DNA of 45,446 bases, taken from the NCBI GenBank assembly GCA_964553875.1, contig CAZKNH010000007.1, positions 1 to 45,446 on the forward strand, in the 5' to 3' direction. This document shows, piece by piece, positions 18,503 through 28,495 of this stretch. The notes beneath the pieces are model-generated. The model saw nothing but the letters and a program-made list of their open reading frames with translations, did no database searches and was not told the origin of the DNA. Origin of the DNA: an uncultured Gammaproteobacteria bacterium. GTDB lineage: Bacteria > Pseudomonadota > Gammaproteobacteria > Steroidobacterales > Rariloculaceae. A program made the position numbers and the translations under genes. Numbering within the stretch: position 1 is the stretch's first letter; the number at the start of each line of letters is the position of its first letter.

Positions 18503-18600
18503 CGACTTAGGCGTCGCCACCTTTCGTCATTTTTCGGCCTCTACGTCGCCCCGCGGACGACGTATGCTGTGTGCCGAACGAGCATGATGCGAGGTGACAG

Positions 18601-21600
18601 ATGCCGGAGGGAGCCACGGCCCCGGCCCGCATGACGGGCCGACGCTCGATCGTCCGCCGACGCGCGTTCGCTTACGCAACGCTCTTCGGCCTCTTCCTTC
18701 TCGCAAGCGGCGTCGTCGCTCAGCCCGATGGGCCGCTCCGCGTCACGCGGATCACCCCCGCGGGCTCGAACGTACCGGAGAGCCGCGAGATCGTCGTCGA
18801 GTTCGATCGCGCGGTCGTGCCGCTCGGCAGGATGGATCGCGACGCGGACGAGATCCCGATCGAGATCTCACCGCAAACCGCATGCCGCTGGCGCTGGCTC
18901 GAGCCGAGCACGCTCGCATGCCGGCTCGGCGAGAGCGACGCGCTCACGCTCGCGACGCGCTACCGCGTCGTCGTCAATCCCGGCGTCGTCGCGCTCGACG
19001 GCACGACGCTGGCGGCGCCCGTCGAGCACACGTTCGACACGGAGCGGCCGCGTATCGCGTACGCGTGGTTCGCGACGTGGCGCGGACCCGGCTCGCCGGT
19101 CGTGCGCACCGTGTTCAATCAGCCTGTCACCGCGGCGTCCGTCCGCGAGCACGTCTACTTCGCGCACGCGGGCGCCGCGCGGAGCCCCGTCACCGTCGAG
19201 GCCGACCCCGACGACATCGAGGCACCGGTAGAGACGCCCGACGGCGAAGCGCGCCGCATCTGGCTCGTGACCCCGGAAACGCCGCTGCCGTCCGACACGA
19301 GCGCGCGCCTCGCGGTCGAGCCCGGGCTCGCGTCGAGCGCGGGCCCGCTTCGCGGCGACGAGCTACGGGCCGTCGTCGAGTTCGACACGTTCCCCGACTT
19401 CCGCTTCGTCGGCGTCACCTGCGACGCGAACGACGGCCGCGAGCTCTTGCTTCGGCCCGGCATTGCGGCGGACGAGGCGTGCAATCCGCTCGGTCGCATC
19501 GGGCTCACGTTCTCGACGCCGGTCGTCGGAAGCCAGGTGGCCACTCGCGTCACGTTCTCGCCCGATCTCGCCGGCGGCCGCGACGACTACGATCCCTGGG
19601 CGAACCGCCGCGACTTCTCGCAGCTCTTCCAGCCTCACCGGCGCGGCCAGGGCTACACGGTCTGGCTGCCGACGCGGCTCGCCGCGGCGCAAACGTATCG
19701 GATCACGTCGACCGCGGATTCGCCGCCCGAGGACGAGTTCGGCCGCCCGCTCGTCGCGCCTTTCGATTTCACGTTCCGCACGGACCACCGGCCGCCCGAT
19801 TTCACGCTGGTCCACCCGGTCGGCGTGCTCGAGGCCGGCATCGACTCGGAGGTCCCGCTCTACGTGACGAATCTCGACGAGATCACGCTCGAGTACCGGA
19901 CGCTGACGAGCGAGCGCGGGCGGGAGACGGGCTCCCGCACGATCACGGTGCCGGACGTCGAAGACCTGTCGTTCGCCGTGCCGCTCGACGTGCGCGGGCT
20001 GATCGGCGCGCCGTCCGGCGCGCTGCACGCGCGGATCGCGTCCGCGCCGCACGTCGAGAAGGGCCGCTGGGCGACGCAGCTGTTCGCGCAGGTCACGCCG
20101 TACCAGCTGCACGTCAAAGTCGGGCACTTCAACACGCTCGTCTGGGTCGTCGATCTCGCGAGCGGGGAACCGGTCGCCGGCGCGCGTGTTTCGATCTACA
20201 CGGACCGGATTGCGGACTTGACGCCGTCGGTCACGCCAATTGCCGAGGCCGAGACCGATGCGAACGGCGTCGCGGTGCTCGCCGGAAGCTCCACGCTCGA
20301 TCCCGGGCTCGACCTGCTCGGCTACGGCTGCCGCGCGCTCCACGCCGACGATTGCGTGCGTCTCTTCGTCCGCGTCGACGGCCCGGACGGTCTCGCGCTC
20401 CTGCCGCTCGACGACCGCTTCGAGGCGAGCGTCTATCGCGCGTCGAACTACGCGTTCGGACCGCAGCCGGCGCCCGCGTTCGGGCATCTCGCCGCTTGGG
20501 GCACCACGCCGCAGGGCGTGTATCGCGCGGGCGAGACGATGGCCTTCAAGCTCTATGTGCGTGATCAAAGCAACGAGCGCTTCGTCGCGCCGCCGGCAGG
20601 ACCTTATACGCTCGAGATCCTCGACCCGACCGGGCGCGTCGTGCACACGATTGATGACGTGACGCTGTCCCCGTTTGGCGCGTTCGACGGCGAATGGCGG
20701 ATTCCCGAGACGGCGGCCGTCGGCTGGTATCAGTTCAGGCTCACGGCCGGCTTCGACGCGCGGACGCCGCCGGGCAGCACTTCGGACGCGAGGACGAGCA
20801 CCGACGAGTGGGATCCGACGCGGATCGTGCGCTATCCGATGCGCGTCCTCGTCAGCGATTTCACGCCGTCCCCGTTCGGCGTGACGACGCGGCTCGACGG
20901 CGATCTGTTCGAGGCGGGCGAGCCGATCGGCGTCGAGACGCGCGCCGCGCTCCACTCGGGCGGCGCGTACGTCGACGCCGAGGCGCGGATCACCGCGCGG
21001 CTCTCGGCGCGCGCATTCGAGCCCGCTGATCGCGTCGCGGCCCAATTCCGGTTCGATGCCGTCGACGGCACCGACGGCACGCCGCCGACCGTCACCGTCG
21101 CGCAGCACGTCGGCACGGTCGACTCGGAAGGCCGGCTGCGCCATACGTTCTCGGTGCCCGCGGACGCGGCGCCGCGAATCTTCCACGGCCGACTGTCGGT
21201 CGAGGGCGCCGTGCGCGACGACCGCGGGCGCTACGTCGCGTCGACGACGGCGGCCGACTTCGTCGCCGTCGACCGCTTCGTCGGGCTTCGCGCCGGCCAG
21301 TGGGTCTATCGGCAAGGCGAGCCTGCCGAGATCGACTACCTCGTGGTCGACGCGCGCGGCGTGCCGGTCGCGGACACCGACGTCGATATCGCGATCGAGC
21401 GGCTCGAGACGCGCGCATCGCGCGTCAAGGGCGCAGGCGATGCGTATCTCACGCGCTACGTCGACGAATGGGTCGCCGCCGGCGAGTGCTCGGGTCGGCC
21501 TCTTGCCGCACCCGAGCCCTGCGCGTTCACGCCGGAGGCACCGGGTGCGTACCGACTGATCGCGTCGATCGTGGACACCGCGGGCCGCACGCATCGGACG

Positions 21601-24477
21601 ACGCTCCGCACGTGGGTCACCGGCCGCGGCGACGTCGTCTGGCACGCCGGGAACGACGACGCGCTCGAGATCGTCCCTGAGCAAGCCGAGTACGCGATCG
21701 GCGATACGGCGCGCTATCTGGTCCAGAACCCCTACCCCGGCGCGCGTGCGCTCGTGACGATCGAGCGCTTCGGCGTGCTCGAGCAGTGGGTCCAGACGCT
21801 CGACGGCTCGACGCCGATCGTCGAGTTCGAGGTGAAGCCGGACTACATGCCGGGCTTCTATCTCTCCGTGCTCGTGATCTCGCCGCGCGTCGATGCGCCG
21901 CCGCCCGAGCTCGGCGAGGTCGATCTCGGGAAGCCCGCGTTCAAGCTCGGCTACGTGTCGGTGCCGGTCCGCGATCCGTACAAGACGCTCGACGTCACGA
22001 TCGAGACGGACGCGGAAACCTACAAGCCGGGCGATCTCGTCCGCGCACGAATCCACGCGACCCCGCGCGCGCCCGAGCGGCGCGAGCCGATCGAGGTGGC
22101 GGTCGTCGTGCTCGACGAGGCCGTGCTCGACCTGATCCAGGGCGGCACCGGCTACTTCGACCCATACGCGGGCTTCTATGCGCACGAGCCGCTCGACGTG
22201 CGGAACTTCAGCCTGCTGACGCGGCTGATCGGTCGACAAGCCATCGAGCTCAAGGGCGCGAACCCCGGCGGCGACGGCGGCGCCGCGTTCGCGATGCGCT
22301 CGTCGTTCGATTACGTCGGCTACTTCGATCCGTCCGTCGAGCTCGACGCGAACGGCCGCGCGGAGATCGAGTTCGAGCTGCCGGACAATCTCACGGGCTG
22401 GCGCGTGCTCGCGCTCGCCGTCACGCCCACGGACCGCATGGGGCTCGGCGAGCATCGCTTCACGGCGAACCTGCCGACTGAGATCCGCCCCGCGATGCCG
22501 AATCAGGTCACCGAAGGCGACCGGTTCACGGCCGCGTTCACCGTGATGAACCGCACGGACACGCCGCGCGAGCTCCGCGTGTCGATCCGTGCCGAGGGCG
22601 ACACGGCGTCGACCGTCGCGCACGACGAGACGATCACGCTCGAGCCGTACGCGCGGACGATCGTGCAGGCGCCGGTCGAAGCGGGCCGCGTGCCGTTCGA
22701 CGCGGCAGCGGGCCGGATCCGCTTCACCGTCACCGCGGAGGACGACGTCGACGGCGACGGCCTCGTGCACGAGTTGCCGGTGCGCAAGCGCATTGCCCCT
22801 GAGGTCGCAGCGCTCTACGGCACCCTCGACGCCGACTCGGCGATCGAGCCGCTCGAGGTGCCGCGTGACGCGCGCCCGGACGTGGGCGAGATCGCGGTCG
22901 TGCTGTCGCCGACAGTCGTCGGCAATCTCGACGGCGCGTTCCGCGCCGCGCGCGACGTCGACTACCCGTCGTGGGAGCAGCGGCTGACGCGCGCCGTCAT
23001 GGCCTCGCTCGCGGCGCGGCTCGCGACGCGGCTCCCGGCGGAGCTCGAGTGGCCGAATGCTGCCGCAACCGTCGCCGAGATGCTCGCGCGCGCGGCCGAT
23101 CATCAGGCGCCGAACGGCGGCATGGCGCACTTCATGCCGGCCGACGCGTACGTCGATCCCTATCTCAGCGCGTACACGGCGCTCGCGTTCGGCTGGCTGC
23201 GCGCCGCAGGCCACCAGGTGCCGCAGGCCGTCGAGGACCGTCTGCTCGACTATCTCGACGGGCTCCTCAGGCAGGACGCCGTGCCGGACTTCTATTCGCA
23301 AGGCATGACCGCGACCGTGCGTGCGGTCGCGCTCGCGGCACTCGCGCAGCGAGGCCGGATCGGCGTCGCGGACCTCGAGCGCTACCGCCCGCACGTCGAG
23401 CGGATGAGCCTCTTCGGCAAGGCGCACTACCTTGCAGCGGCGCTCGAAGTCGAAGGCGCGGAGCCGATCGCCGAGGCAACGGTCGAGCGGATCCTCGCCG
23501 CGTCGGATCGGACGTCCGGATCGCTCGCGTTCAACGAGCGGCTCGACGCGGCTTACGCGCGGATGCTGTCGACGCCGGTCCGCGCGAATTGCGCGATCCT
23601 CGCCGCGTTCTCGAAGGCGGGGCCGTTAGGGGAGCAGCTCGGTCTGCCCGATCTCGCAGCCGATCTCGCGCGCTCGGTATCGCGGACCCGCGGCGCGCGC
23701 GACCGCTGGCGTAACGCACAGGAGAACGTGTTCTGCACGACGGCGCTCGCTGACTATGCGGACGCGTTCGAGTCGGTGCCGGTCGATGCTGCGGTCGACG
23801 TCGCGCTCGGCGGCGAGACGCTCGGCCGCGCTCGCTTCGCGTCGCCGACGGATGCCGCGGCCGAGCTCACGCGGCCGCTCGGCGCCGACGACCCCGGCGT
23901 GCGGCGCGACCTCGAGCTCCGCCGCGACGGCTCGGGCCGCGTGTACTACACCGCTCGCGTCGAGTATGCGCCCGCGGGCGAGGCCGCGCGGCCGATCGAC
24001 GCCGGCATCGAGCTCCGCAAGGAGGTGCGCGTCGAGCGCAACGGCGAGTGGGTGCTGCTCGACGATCCGCTCCGCATCGCGCGAGGCGAGCTCGTCCGCG
24101 TCGATCTCTACGTGTCGCTGCCCGCGGCTCGGAACTTCGTCGTGGTCGAGGATCCCGTCCCCGGCGGTCTCGAGCCGGTCAGCCGCGATCTCGCGACGGC
24201 GTCGACGATCGATGCGGACGCAGCCGCGCAGGACAACGTGCCGGGCGTCATCGCGTACGGCGCATCGCGCTGGAGCTTTCACCATCGGGAGCTCAGGCAC
24301 GACGTCGTGCGCTTCTATTCGGATCATTTGCCGCCGGGCACGTATCGGCTGTCGTACACGGCGCAGGCGATCGCCGAGGGCGGGTTCGCGAGCCTGCCGC
24401 CGCGTGCCCACGAGATGTACGACCCCGACGTCCACGGCACGGGGCCCGCGCGGACGCTGGTCGTGGAGGCCCCGTGA
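18601..24477 (+). CDS. Bacterial alpha-2-macroglobulin family protein (thioester motif degenerate)
   Basis: 1958 aa with MG-domain motifs (GVYRAGE, SPFGAF.G, LPDNLTGWRV, Q.PNGG, VVVEDPVPGGLEPV, MYDP); directly upstream of pbpC. The start could be 18631. Confidence 0.93.
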   Translation: MPEGATAPARMTGRRSIVRRRAFAYATLFGLFLLASGVVAQPDGPLRVTRITPAGSNVPESREIVVEFDRAVVPLGRMDRDADEIPIEISPQTACRWRWLEPSTLACRLGESDALTLATRYRVVVNPGVVALDGTTLAAPVEHTFDTERPRIAYAWFATWRGPGSPVVRTVFNQPVTAASVREHVYFAHAGAARSPVTVEADPDDIEAPVETPDGEARRIWLVTPETPLPSDTSARLAVEPGLASSAGPLRGDELRAVVEFDTFPDFRFVGVTCDANDGRELLLRPGIAADEACNPLGRIGLTFSTPVVGSQVATRVTFSPDLAGGRDDYDPWANRRDFSQLFQPHRRGQGYTVWLPTRLAAAQTYRITSTADSPPEDEFGRPLVAPFDFTFRTDHRPPDFTLVHPVGVLEAGIDSEVPLYVTNLDEITLEYRTLTSERGRETGSRTITVPDVEDLSFAVPLDVRGLIGAPSGALHARIASAPHVEKGRWATQLFAQVTPYQLHVKVGHFNTLVWVVDLASGEPVAGARVSIYTDRIADLTPSVTPIAEAETDANGVAVLAGSSTLDPGLDLLGYGCRALHADDCVRLFVRVDGPDGLALLPLDDRFEASVYRASNYAFGPQPAPAFGHLAAWGTTPQGVYRAGETMAFKLYVRDQSNERFVAPPAGPYTLEILDPTGRVVHTIDDVTLSPFGAFDGEWRIPETAAVGWYQFRLTAGFDARTPPGSTSDARTSTDEWDPTRIVRYPMRVLVSDFTPSPFGVTTRLDGDLFEAGEPIGVETRAALHSGGAYVDAEARITARLSARAFEPADRVAAQFRFDAVDGTDGTPPTVTVAQHVGTVDSEGRLRHTFSVPADAAPRIFHGRLSVEGAVRDDRGRYVASTTAADFVAVDRFVGLRAGQWVYRQGEPAEIDYLVVDARGVPVADTDVDIAIERLETRASRVKGAGDAYLTRYVDEWVAAGECSGRPLAAPEPCAFTPEAPGAYRLIASIVDTAGRTHRTTLRTWVTGRGDVVWHAGNDDALEIVPEQAEYAIGDTARYLVQNPYPGARALVTIERFGVLEQWVQTLDGSTPIVEFEVKPDYMPGFYLSVLVISPRVDAPPPELGEVDLGKPAFKLGYVSVPVRDPYKTLDVTIETDAETYKPGDLVRARIHATPRAPERREPIEVAVVVLDEAVLDLIQGGTGYFDPYAGFYAHEPLDVRNFSLLTRLIGRQAIELKGANPGGDGGAAFAMRSSFDYVGYFDPSVELDANGRAEIEFELPDNLTGWRVLALAVTPTDRMGLGEHRFTANLPTEIRPAMPNQVTEGDRFTAAFTVMNRTDTPRELRVSIRAEGDTASTVAHDETITLEPYARTIVQAPVEAGRVPFDAAAGRIRFTVTAEDDVDGDGLVHELPVRKRIAPEVAALYGTLDADSAIEPLEVPRDARPDVGEIAVVLSPTVVGNLDGAFRAARDVDYPSWEQRLTRAVMASLAARLATRLPAELEWPNAAATVAEMLARAADHQAPNGGMAHFMPADAYVDPYLSAYTALAFGWLRAAGHQVPQAVEDRLLDYLDGLLRQDAVPDFYSQGMTATVRAVALAALAQRGRIGVADLERYRPHVERMSLFGKAHYLAAALEVEGAEPIAEATVERILAASDRTSGSLAFNERLDAAYARMLSTPVRANCAILAAFSKAGPLGEQLGLPDLAADLARSVSRTRGARDRWRNAQENVFCTTALADYADAFESVPVDAAVDVALGGETLGRARFASPTDAAAELTRPLGADDPGVRRDLELRRDGSGRVYYTARVEYAPAGEAARPIDAGIELRKEVRVERNGEWVLLDDPLRIARGELVRVDLYVSLPAARNFVVVEDPVPGGLEPVSRDLATASTIDADAAAQDNVPGVIAYGASRWSFHHRELRHDVVRFYSDHLPPGTYRLSYTAQAIAEGGFASLPPRAHEMYDPDVHGTGPARTLVVEAP

Positions 24478-24503
24478 GACTCGCGCGACCGCGCGGAGCG
24501 TCA

Positions 24504-26717
24504 ATGCGCCGCGTCGGGGCCGGGCTCGCGGTCGCGGTGCTCGTCGGGACGGCGGCGCTCGCGCTCGCGACGCGCGCGTCGCTCGAGCCGCTGCCGGCCT
24601 CGCTCGACGTCGTTGCCGCGATCGAGCCCGGCCGCGACGATTGGAACCGCCGGCAGGTGCTCGACCGGAACGCGCTGCCGCTGACCGTCACGTTCGCGAC
24701 CGGCTGGAACGTTTACGATCGCGTCGCGCTGCACGACGTGCCGAGGTTCCTGCGCGATGCGTTCGTCGCGGCGGAGGACCGAAGGTTCTGGGCGCATTCG
24801 GGCGTCGACTGGCTCGCGCGCCTCGCCGCGGTCGCGACGAACCTGCGGCACGGCGCCTCGATCCGTGGCGCGAGCACGATCAGCGAGCAGGTCGTGCGGA
24901 TGCTCAACCCTCGGCCGCGCACGCTATGGAGCCGCTGGGTCGAGGGCTTCGAGGCACACCGCCTCGAGCGGGCGTTCGGCAAGCACGAGATCCTCGAGTT
25001 CTATCTGAACCAGGTGCCGTACGCGTCGAACCGGCGCGGAATCCGGCAGGCGGCGCGGCATTATTTCGCGCGCGACCTCGGCACGCTGAGCCGCAAGGAG
25101 ATGCTCGCACTCGCGGTGCTCGTGCGCGCCCCGTCGCGCCTCGATCCGTGGCGCGCGCCGGGCGCGGCCGATGCCGCGATCGCACGCCTCGCCGACGCGC
25201 TCGTCGAGCACGGCGTGCTCGACGCCGACGAGCGCGACGCCGTGCTCGCGGAGCCGCTCGAGCTCGCCGCGCCGCGCCTTGCCGTGCACGCGCCGCACTT
25301 CGTCCGGCACGCGCGCCGCGAGGCAGAGCGCTCGGCGCCGTACGCGGCGCGCGTCATGACGACGCTCGACGGCACGCTGCAGGCGAAGGTCCAGGCGATG
25401 CTCGACGAGCGGCTCGCGGCGCTCGCGCCGCTCGGCGTCGGCGACGGCGCCGTGCTCGTCGCGGACCACACGACCGGCGAAATCCTCGTGTGGGCCGTCG
25501 CGGGCGGCGCGAATCCGGATGGCCCCGCGACGCACATCGATGCCGTCACGACGCGTCGGCAGCCGGGCTCCGCGCTGAAGCCGTTCGTGTACGCGCTCGC
25601 GCTCGACTCAGGCTGGACTGCGGCGGAAATCATCGTCGACGCGCCGCTCGTCGAATCGACGTCGTTCGGGCTTCATAGCTATCGCAACTATAGTCGGCGC
25701 CATTACGGGCCGGTCACGCTGCGCGATGCGCTCGGCAACTCGCTGAACGTGCCCGCGGTGAAGGCGCTGCAATTCGTCGGCGCCGAGCGTTTCCTCGAGA
25801 CGCTGCACGCGCTCGGCTTCGACGGCCTCGACGCGCACCCCGACCACTACGGCGACGGCATCGCGCTCGGCACCGCCGAGGTCTCGCTCCTCGAGCTCGT
25901 GCAGGCGTACGCATCGCTCGCGAATGGCGGGATGTTCCGTCCGCTGACCACACTGCTCCACGAAGGCAGAGTGCGACCGGCGCGCCGCGTCTTCTCGCCG
26001 GAAGCCGCGTCGCTCGTCGCGGACATCCTGTCCGACCCGGAAGCGCGCGCGCTCGAGTTCGGCCACGACAGCGTGCTGCGCCTGCCCGTGCAGACGGCCG
26101 TGAAGACCGGCACGTCGAGCGACTTCCGCGACGCGTGGGCCGTCGGCTTCGATCACCGTCACGTCGTCGGCGTGTGGATCGGCAATCTCGACCGGAAGCC
26201 GTCGACCGGCGTCAGCGGCTCGACCGGTCCCGCGCTCCTGCTCCGCGCGATCTTCGCGGAGCTCCACCGCGGGCGGACGACGCGGCCGCTGCCCCTCGCC
26301 CCGGCGCTCGAGCGGCACACGGTCTGCGTGCCGGTGCCGCATACGGGCAACCCGACGTCCGGCACATCGGGCTGCGTCGAACGCGACGAGTGGTTTCTGC
26401 CGGGCACGGCGCCGGCCGAGCGGCAGCGGATCGCAGCCGACGCGCCGGCACCGCTCACGCTGCGGCAGCCGACCCACGGCCTGCGTCTCGCGTACGATCC
26501 GCGGATTCCGAGCGATGCGCAGGCGTTCGAGTTCGTGATCGCAGGCGCCCTGCCCGACGACGACGTGCGCTGGATCGTCGACGATCGAGAGCATCCGTCT
26601 CAGGGTCCTACGTGGCTTTGGCCAGTGACCCGCGGTGAGCATCGAGTCTCGGCCGCGGTCTATCGCGACGGCGTGCTGCTCGGGACGCTGGACGAGGTCG
26701 AATTCATCGTCAAGTGA
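24504..26717 (+). CDS. pbpC: Penicillin-binding protein 1C
   Basis: Transglycosylase motifs AAEDRRF..H.GVD and GASTISEQ; transpeptidase motifs S.LK, NSLN and KTG; macroglobulin context. An alternative GTG start lies at 24474. Confidence 0.93.
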   Translation: MRRVGAGLAVAVLVGTAALALATRASLEPLPASLDVVAAIEPGRDDWNRRQVLDRNALPLTVTFATGWNVYDRVALHDVPRFLRDAFVAAEDRRFWAHSGVDWLARLAAVATNLRHGASIRGASTISEQVVRMLNPRPRTLWSRWVEGFEAHRLERAFGKHEILEFYLNQVPYASNRRGIRQAARHYFARDLGTLSRKEMLALAVLVRAPSRLDPWRAPGAADAAIARLADALVEHGVLDADERDAVLAEPLELAAPRLAVHAPHFVRHARREAERSAPYAARVMTTLDGTLQAKVQAMLDERLAALAPLGVGDGAVLVADHTTGEILVWAVAGGANPDGPATHIDAVTTRRQPGSALKPFVYALALDSGWTAAEIIVDAPLVESTSFGLHSYRNYSRRHYGPVTLRDALGNSLNVPAVKALQFVGAERFLETLHALGFDGLDAHPDHYGDGIALGTAEVSLLELVQAYASLANGGMFRPLTTLLHEGRVRPARRVFSPEAASLVADILSDPEARALEFGHDSVLRLPVQTAVKTGTSSDFRDAWAVGFDHRHVVGVWIGNLDRKPSTGVSGSTGPALLLRAIFAELHRGRTTRPLPLAPALERHTVCVPVPHTGNPTSGTSGCVERDEWFLPGTAPAERQRIAADAPAPLTLRQPTHGLRLAYDPRIPSDAQAFEFVIAGALPDDDVRWIVDDREHPSQGPTWLWPVTRGEHRVSAAVYRDGVLLGTLDEVEFIVK

Positions 26718-26845
26718 TCGCTGCCTGAATTACGAGGGGTTCGGCAAGGTCACATGGAGAGGTCATCATCCGCTTCCGAGCGCTGTTGCGGCGCGGGGCC
26801 ACCGAGATGTAGCCGGTGGATCTGAACGTCTTGATGTGCGACGCC

Positions 26846-26922
26846 GCAGAAGCGTTCGCCTCGGCGGCCGATTTTCGTCTCTTCCGGACGGCGCCCCGGA
26901 ATGCGTCGTTCTCGACCTCGCC
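26846..26922 (+). pseudogene. Frameshifted remnant of a response-regulator receiver domain (N-terminal half)
   Basis: AEAFASAADF in one frame continues in another as SSLPDGAPECVVLDL, typical of FixJ-like receiver domains. Confidence 0.55.
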
Positions 26923-27025
26923 CTTACAATCCCTTCGCGAACGTCGCGCCTACGACCCAGGTCTCTTCGCCGTCTACCAGATCGACGTGGAGTTGAGGAG
27001 CGACTCGGGCGCGCCCCCTTTCTGC

Positions 27026-27841
27026 TCAGCGCCCGAAGTTGGTCTTGAAGTAGAGCATCACGCCGTCATAGCCCCAATCGAGCTGCCCGATGAAGTCCCC
27101 CGCATCCTGCGCGTTGATGTCGACCGACACGAGATTGTAAGCGAGGCCGAGTGCTATTCGGTCGTTGAAACTGTAGTCCGCGCCGATCGTCGCGTCGCTC
27201 AGACGTCCGTCGGCGTCTCCGACGTCCAGGCTGAAAACCTCGATCGAGCCGCGTAGCGATATCCGCTTGCTCAGCGCGCATCGCCCCCGAAGTCCGATAA
27301 CCGGCAGCGGCGCCGTGAGGTCCCTGGATTCCTCCGCGCCCGACTGACGATCACGGATGGCCAGATCGATCTTCGCAGTGTAGAGGCCCATCGTGATGCC
27401 GAGTTCGCCGCCCTCGCGGACGATCGGCGCAAAGGTATATGCAACCTTGAAGATGCTGGCGTCGGAGTCCGACTCTATCGTGCGGCTCAGAGTGAAGGTA
27501 CGGTCACCGACGACGACCGTTCTTTCGAGAGCTTTACTCGCATTCCGCGCAAACCGGAACAACGAGTAATCCAGCCTGTGGCGCGTGCTGAACCAGTAAT
27601 AACCGTCTATTCGGGCAACGGTCTTCGACGTATCGAGGCCCAAGTCCCTCTCGAGGTCGATTGCGGTACCCTTCCCGTTGACCGAGTCGACGCGGGCGCT
27701 CGTTTTGGGCTCGGTCACGAACGCGCCAATCATCACGCTGCCCCGCTCGGCATGTCCGACGTCCTCTTGAGCCACCGTCGGCATCGCTGCGAGGCCGAGC
27801 CATAGCGCAGGCATCGATCGGAAACGAGGCACTACAACCAA
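27026..27841 (-). CDS. Putative outer-membrane beta-barrel protein
   Basis: Signal-like N-terminus, GT.IDLE.DLG, APLP.IG, alternating beta-strands, C-terminal W.YDG...YFKTNF. Start uncertain. Confidence 0.75.
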   Translation of the reverse strand: MVVVPRFRSMPALWLGLAAMPTVAQEDVGHAERGSVMIGAFVTEPKTSARVDSVNGKGTAIDLERDLGLDTSKTVARIDGYYWFSTRHRLDYSLFRFARNASKALERTVVVGDRTFTLSRTIESDSDASIFKVAYTFAPIVREGGELGITMGLYTAKIDLAIRDRQSGAEESRDLTAPLPVIGLRGRCALSKRISLRGSIEVFSLDVGDADGRLSDATIGADYSFNDRIALGLAYNLVSVDINAQDAGDFIGQLDWGYDGVMLYFKTNFGR

Positions 27842-27911
27842 GGTCGCATAGGCGCCAGCGTTGCGCAGTGCCTGAATCGAGCATTATTCCGCTCGAATGC
27901 ACAGGGTATAG

Positions 27912-28222
27912 CCCTTCGACGACCTGCTCGACCACCTCGAGCTCGTCCTTATGATGGCCTACATCGGCGGACGGTACACGCTGCCGCTCGCGGAGCGCTG
28001 GTCCTTCACGCTGCGCGAGGGATGTCGGCGGTTTCGGCATCGGAGCCGAGTCGACCTGGCACCTCGTATCATGCGTCAACTGGCACGCGAGCGACAGCGT
28101 GTCGGTGAGCTTCGGCTACCGGATGCTCGCCGTGGACTACGACGACGGCGACGGTGCGGGGCGCTTCCTGTACGACGTGGAGATCAGTGGGCCCCCTCGT
28201 CGGCGCCGGCTGGCGATACTGA
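27912..28222 (+). pseudogene. Outer-membrane beta-barrel pseudogene (apparent internal deletion plus two frameshifts)
   Basis: PFDDLLDHLELVLMMAY-IGGRYTLPLAERWSFTLR, then +1 shift near 28020 to DVGGFGIG..TW...GYRMLAVDYDDGDG..RFLYDVEISGP, then +1 shift in the C-run near 28195 to LVGAGWRY*. Confidence 0.7.
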
Positions 28223-28262
28223 GCTTGCCGCGTGCCGTTGCGCGACCAAGCGATTCGACGAT

Positions 28263-28480
28263 TGCATGGTGGCCGACTTGTCGATGCCCGATCTGAACGG
28301 GCTCGACTTGCAGCGGCGCCTCGCCGAGTCGGACCTGGAACGTCCGTTCGTCTTCATCACAGGACACGGCGACATCCGTTCTTCCGTGCAAGCCATGCAG
28401 GCCGGCGCAGTGGACTTCCGTGCCAAGCCCCTCGATCAGGCCGAGCTGCTGCAGGCCCTCGGCCGCGCCGAGCGCGAGAC
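28263..28480 (+). pseudogene. Truncated FixJ/TodT-like response regulator (C-terminal part of receiver domain only)
   Basis: CMVADLSMPDLNGLDLQRRL...PFVFITGHGDIRSSVQAMQAGAVDF..KP...ELL; lacks the N-terminal acidic pocket and the LuxR helix-turn-helix. Confidence 0.75.
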
Positions 28481-28495
28481 GAACGAAAGACTCGT

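Noticed and set aside
19363-23427. 1354-aa minus-strand ORF and other long antisense or alternate-frame ORFs (e.g. 195-1430, 5872-8457, 15878-18520, 32254-34347)
   Set aside because: Shadows of real genes caused by high GC and codon bias; Arg/Ala/Pro-rich with no recognisable motifs.
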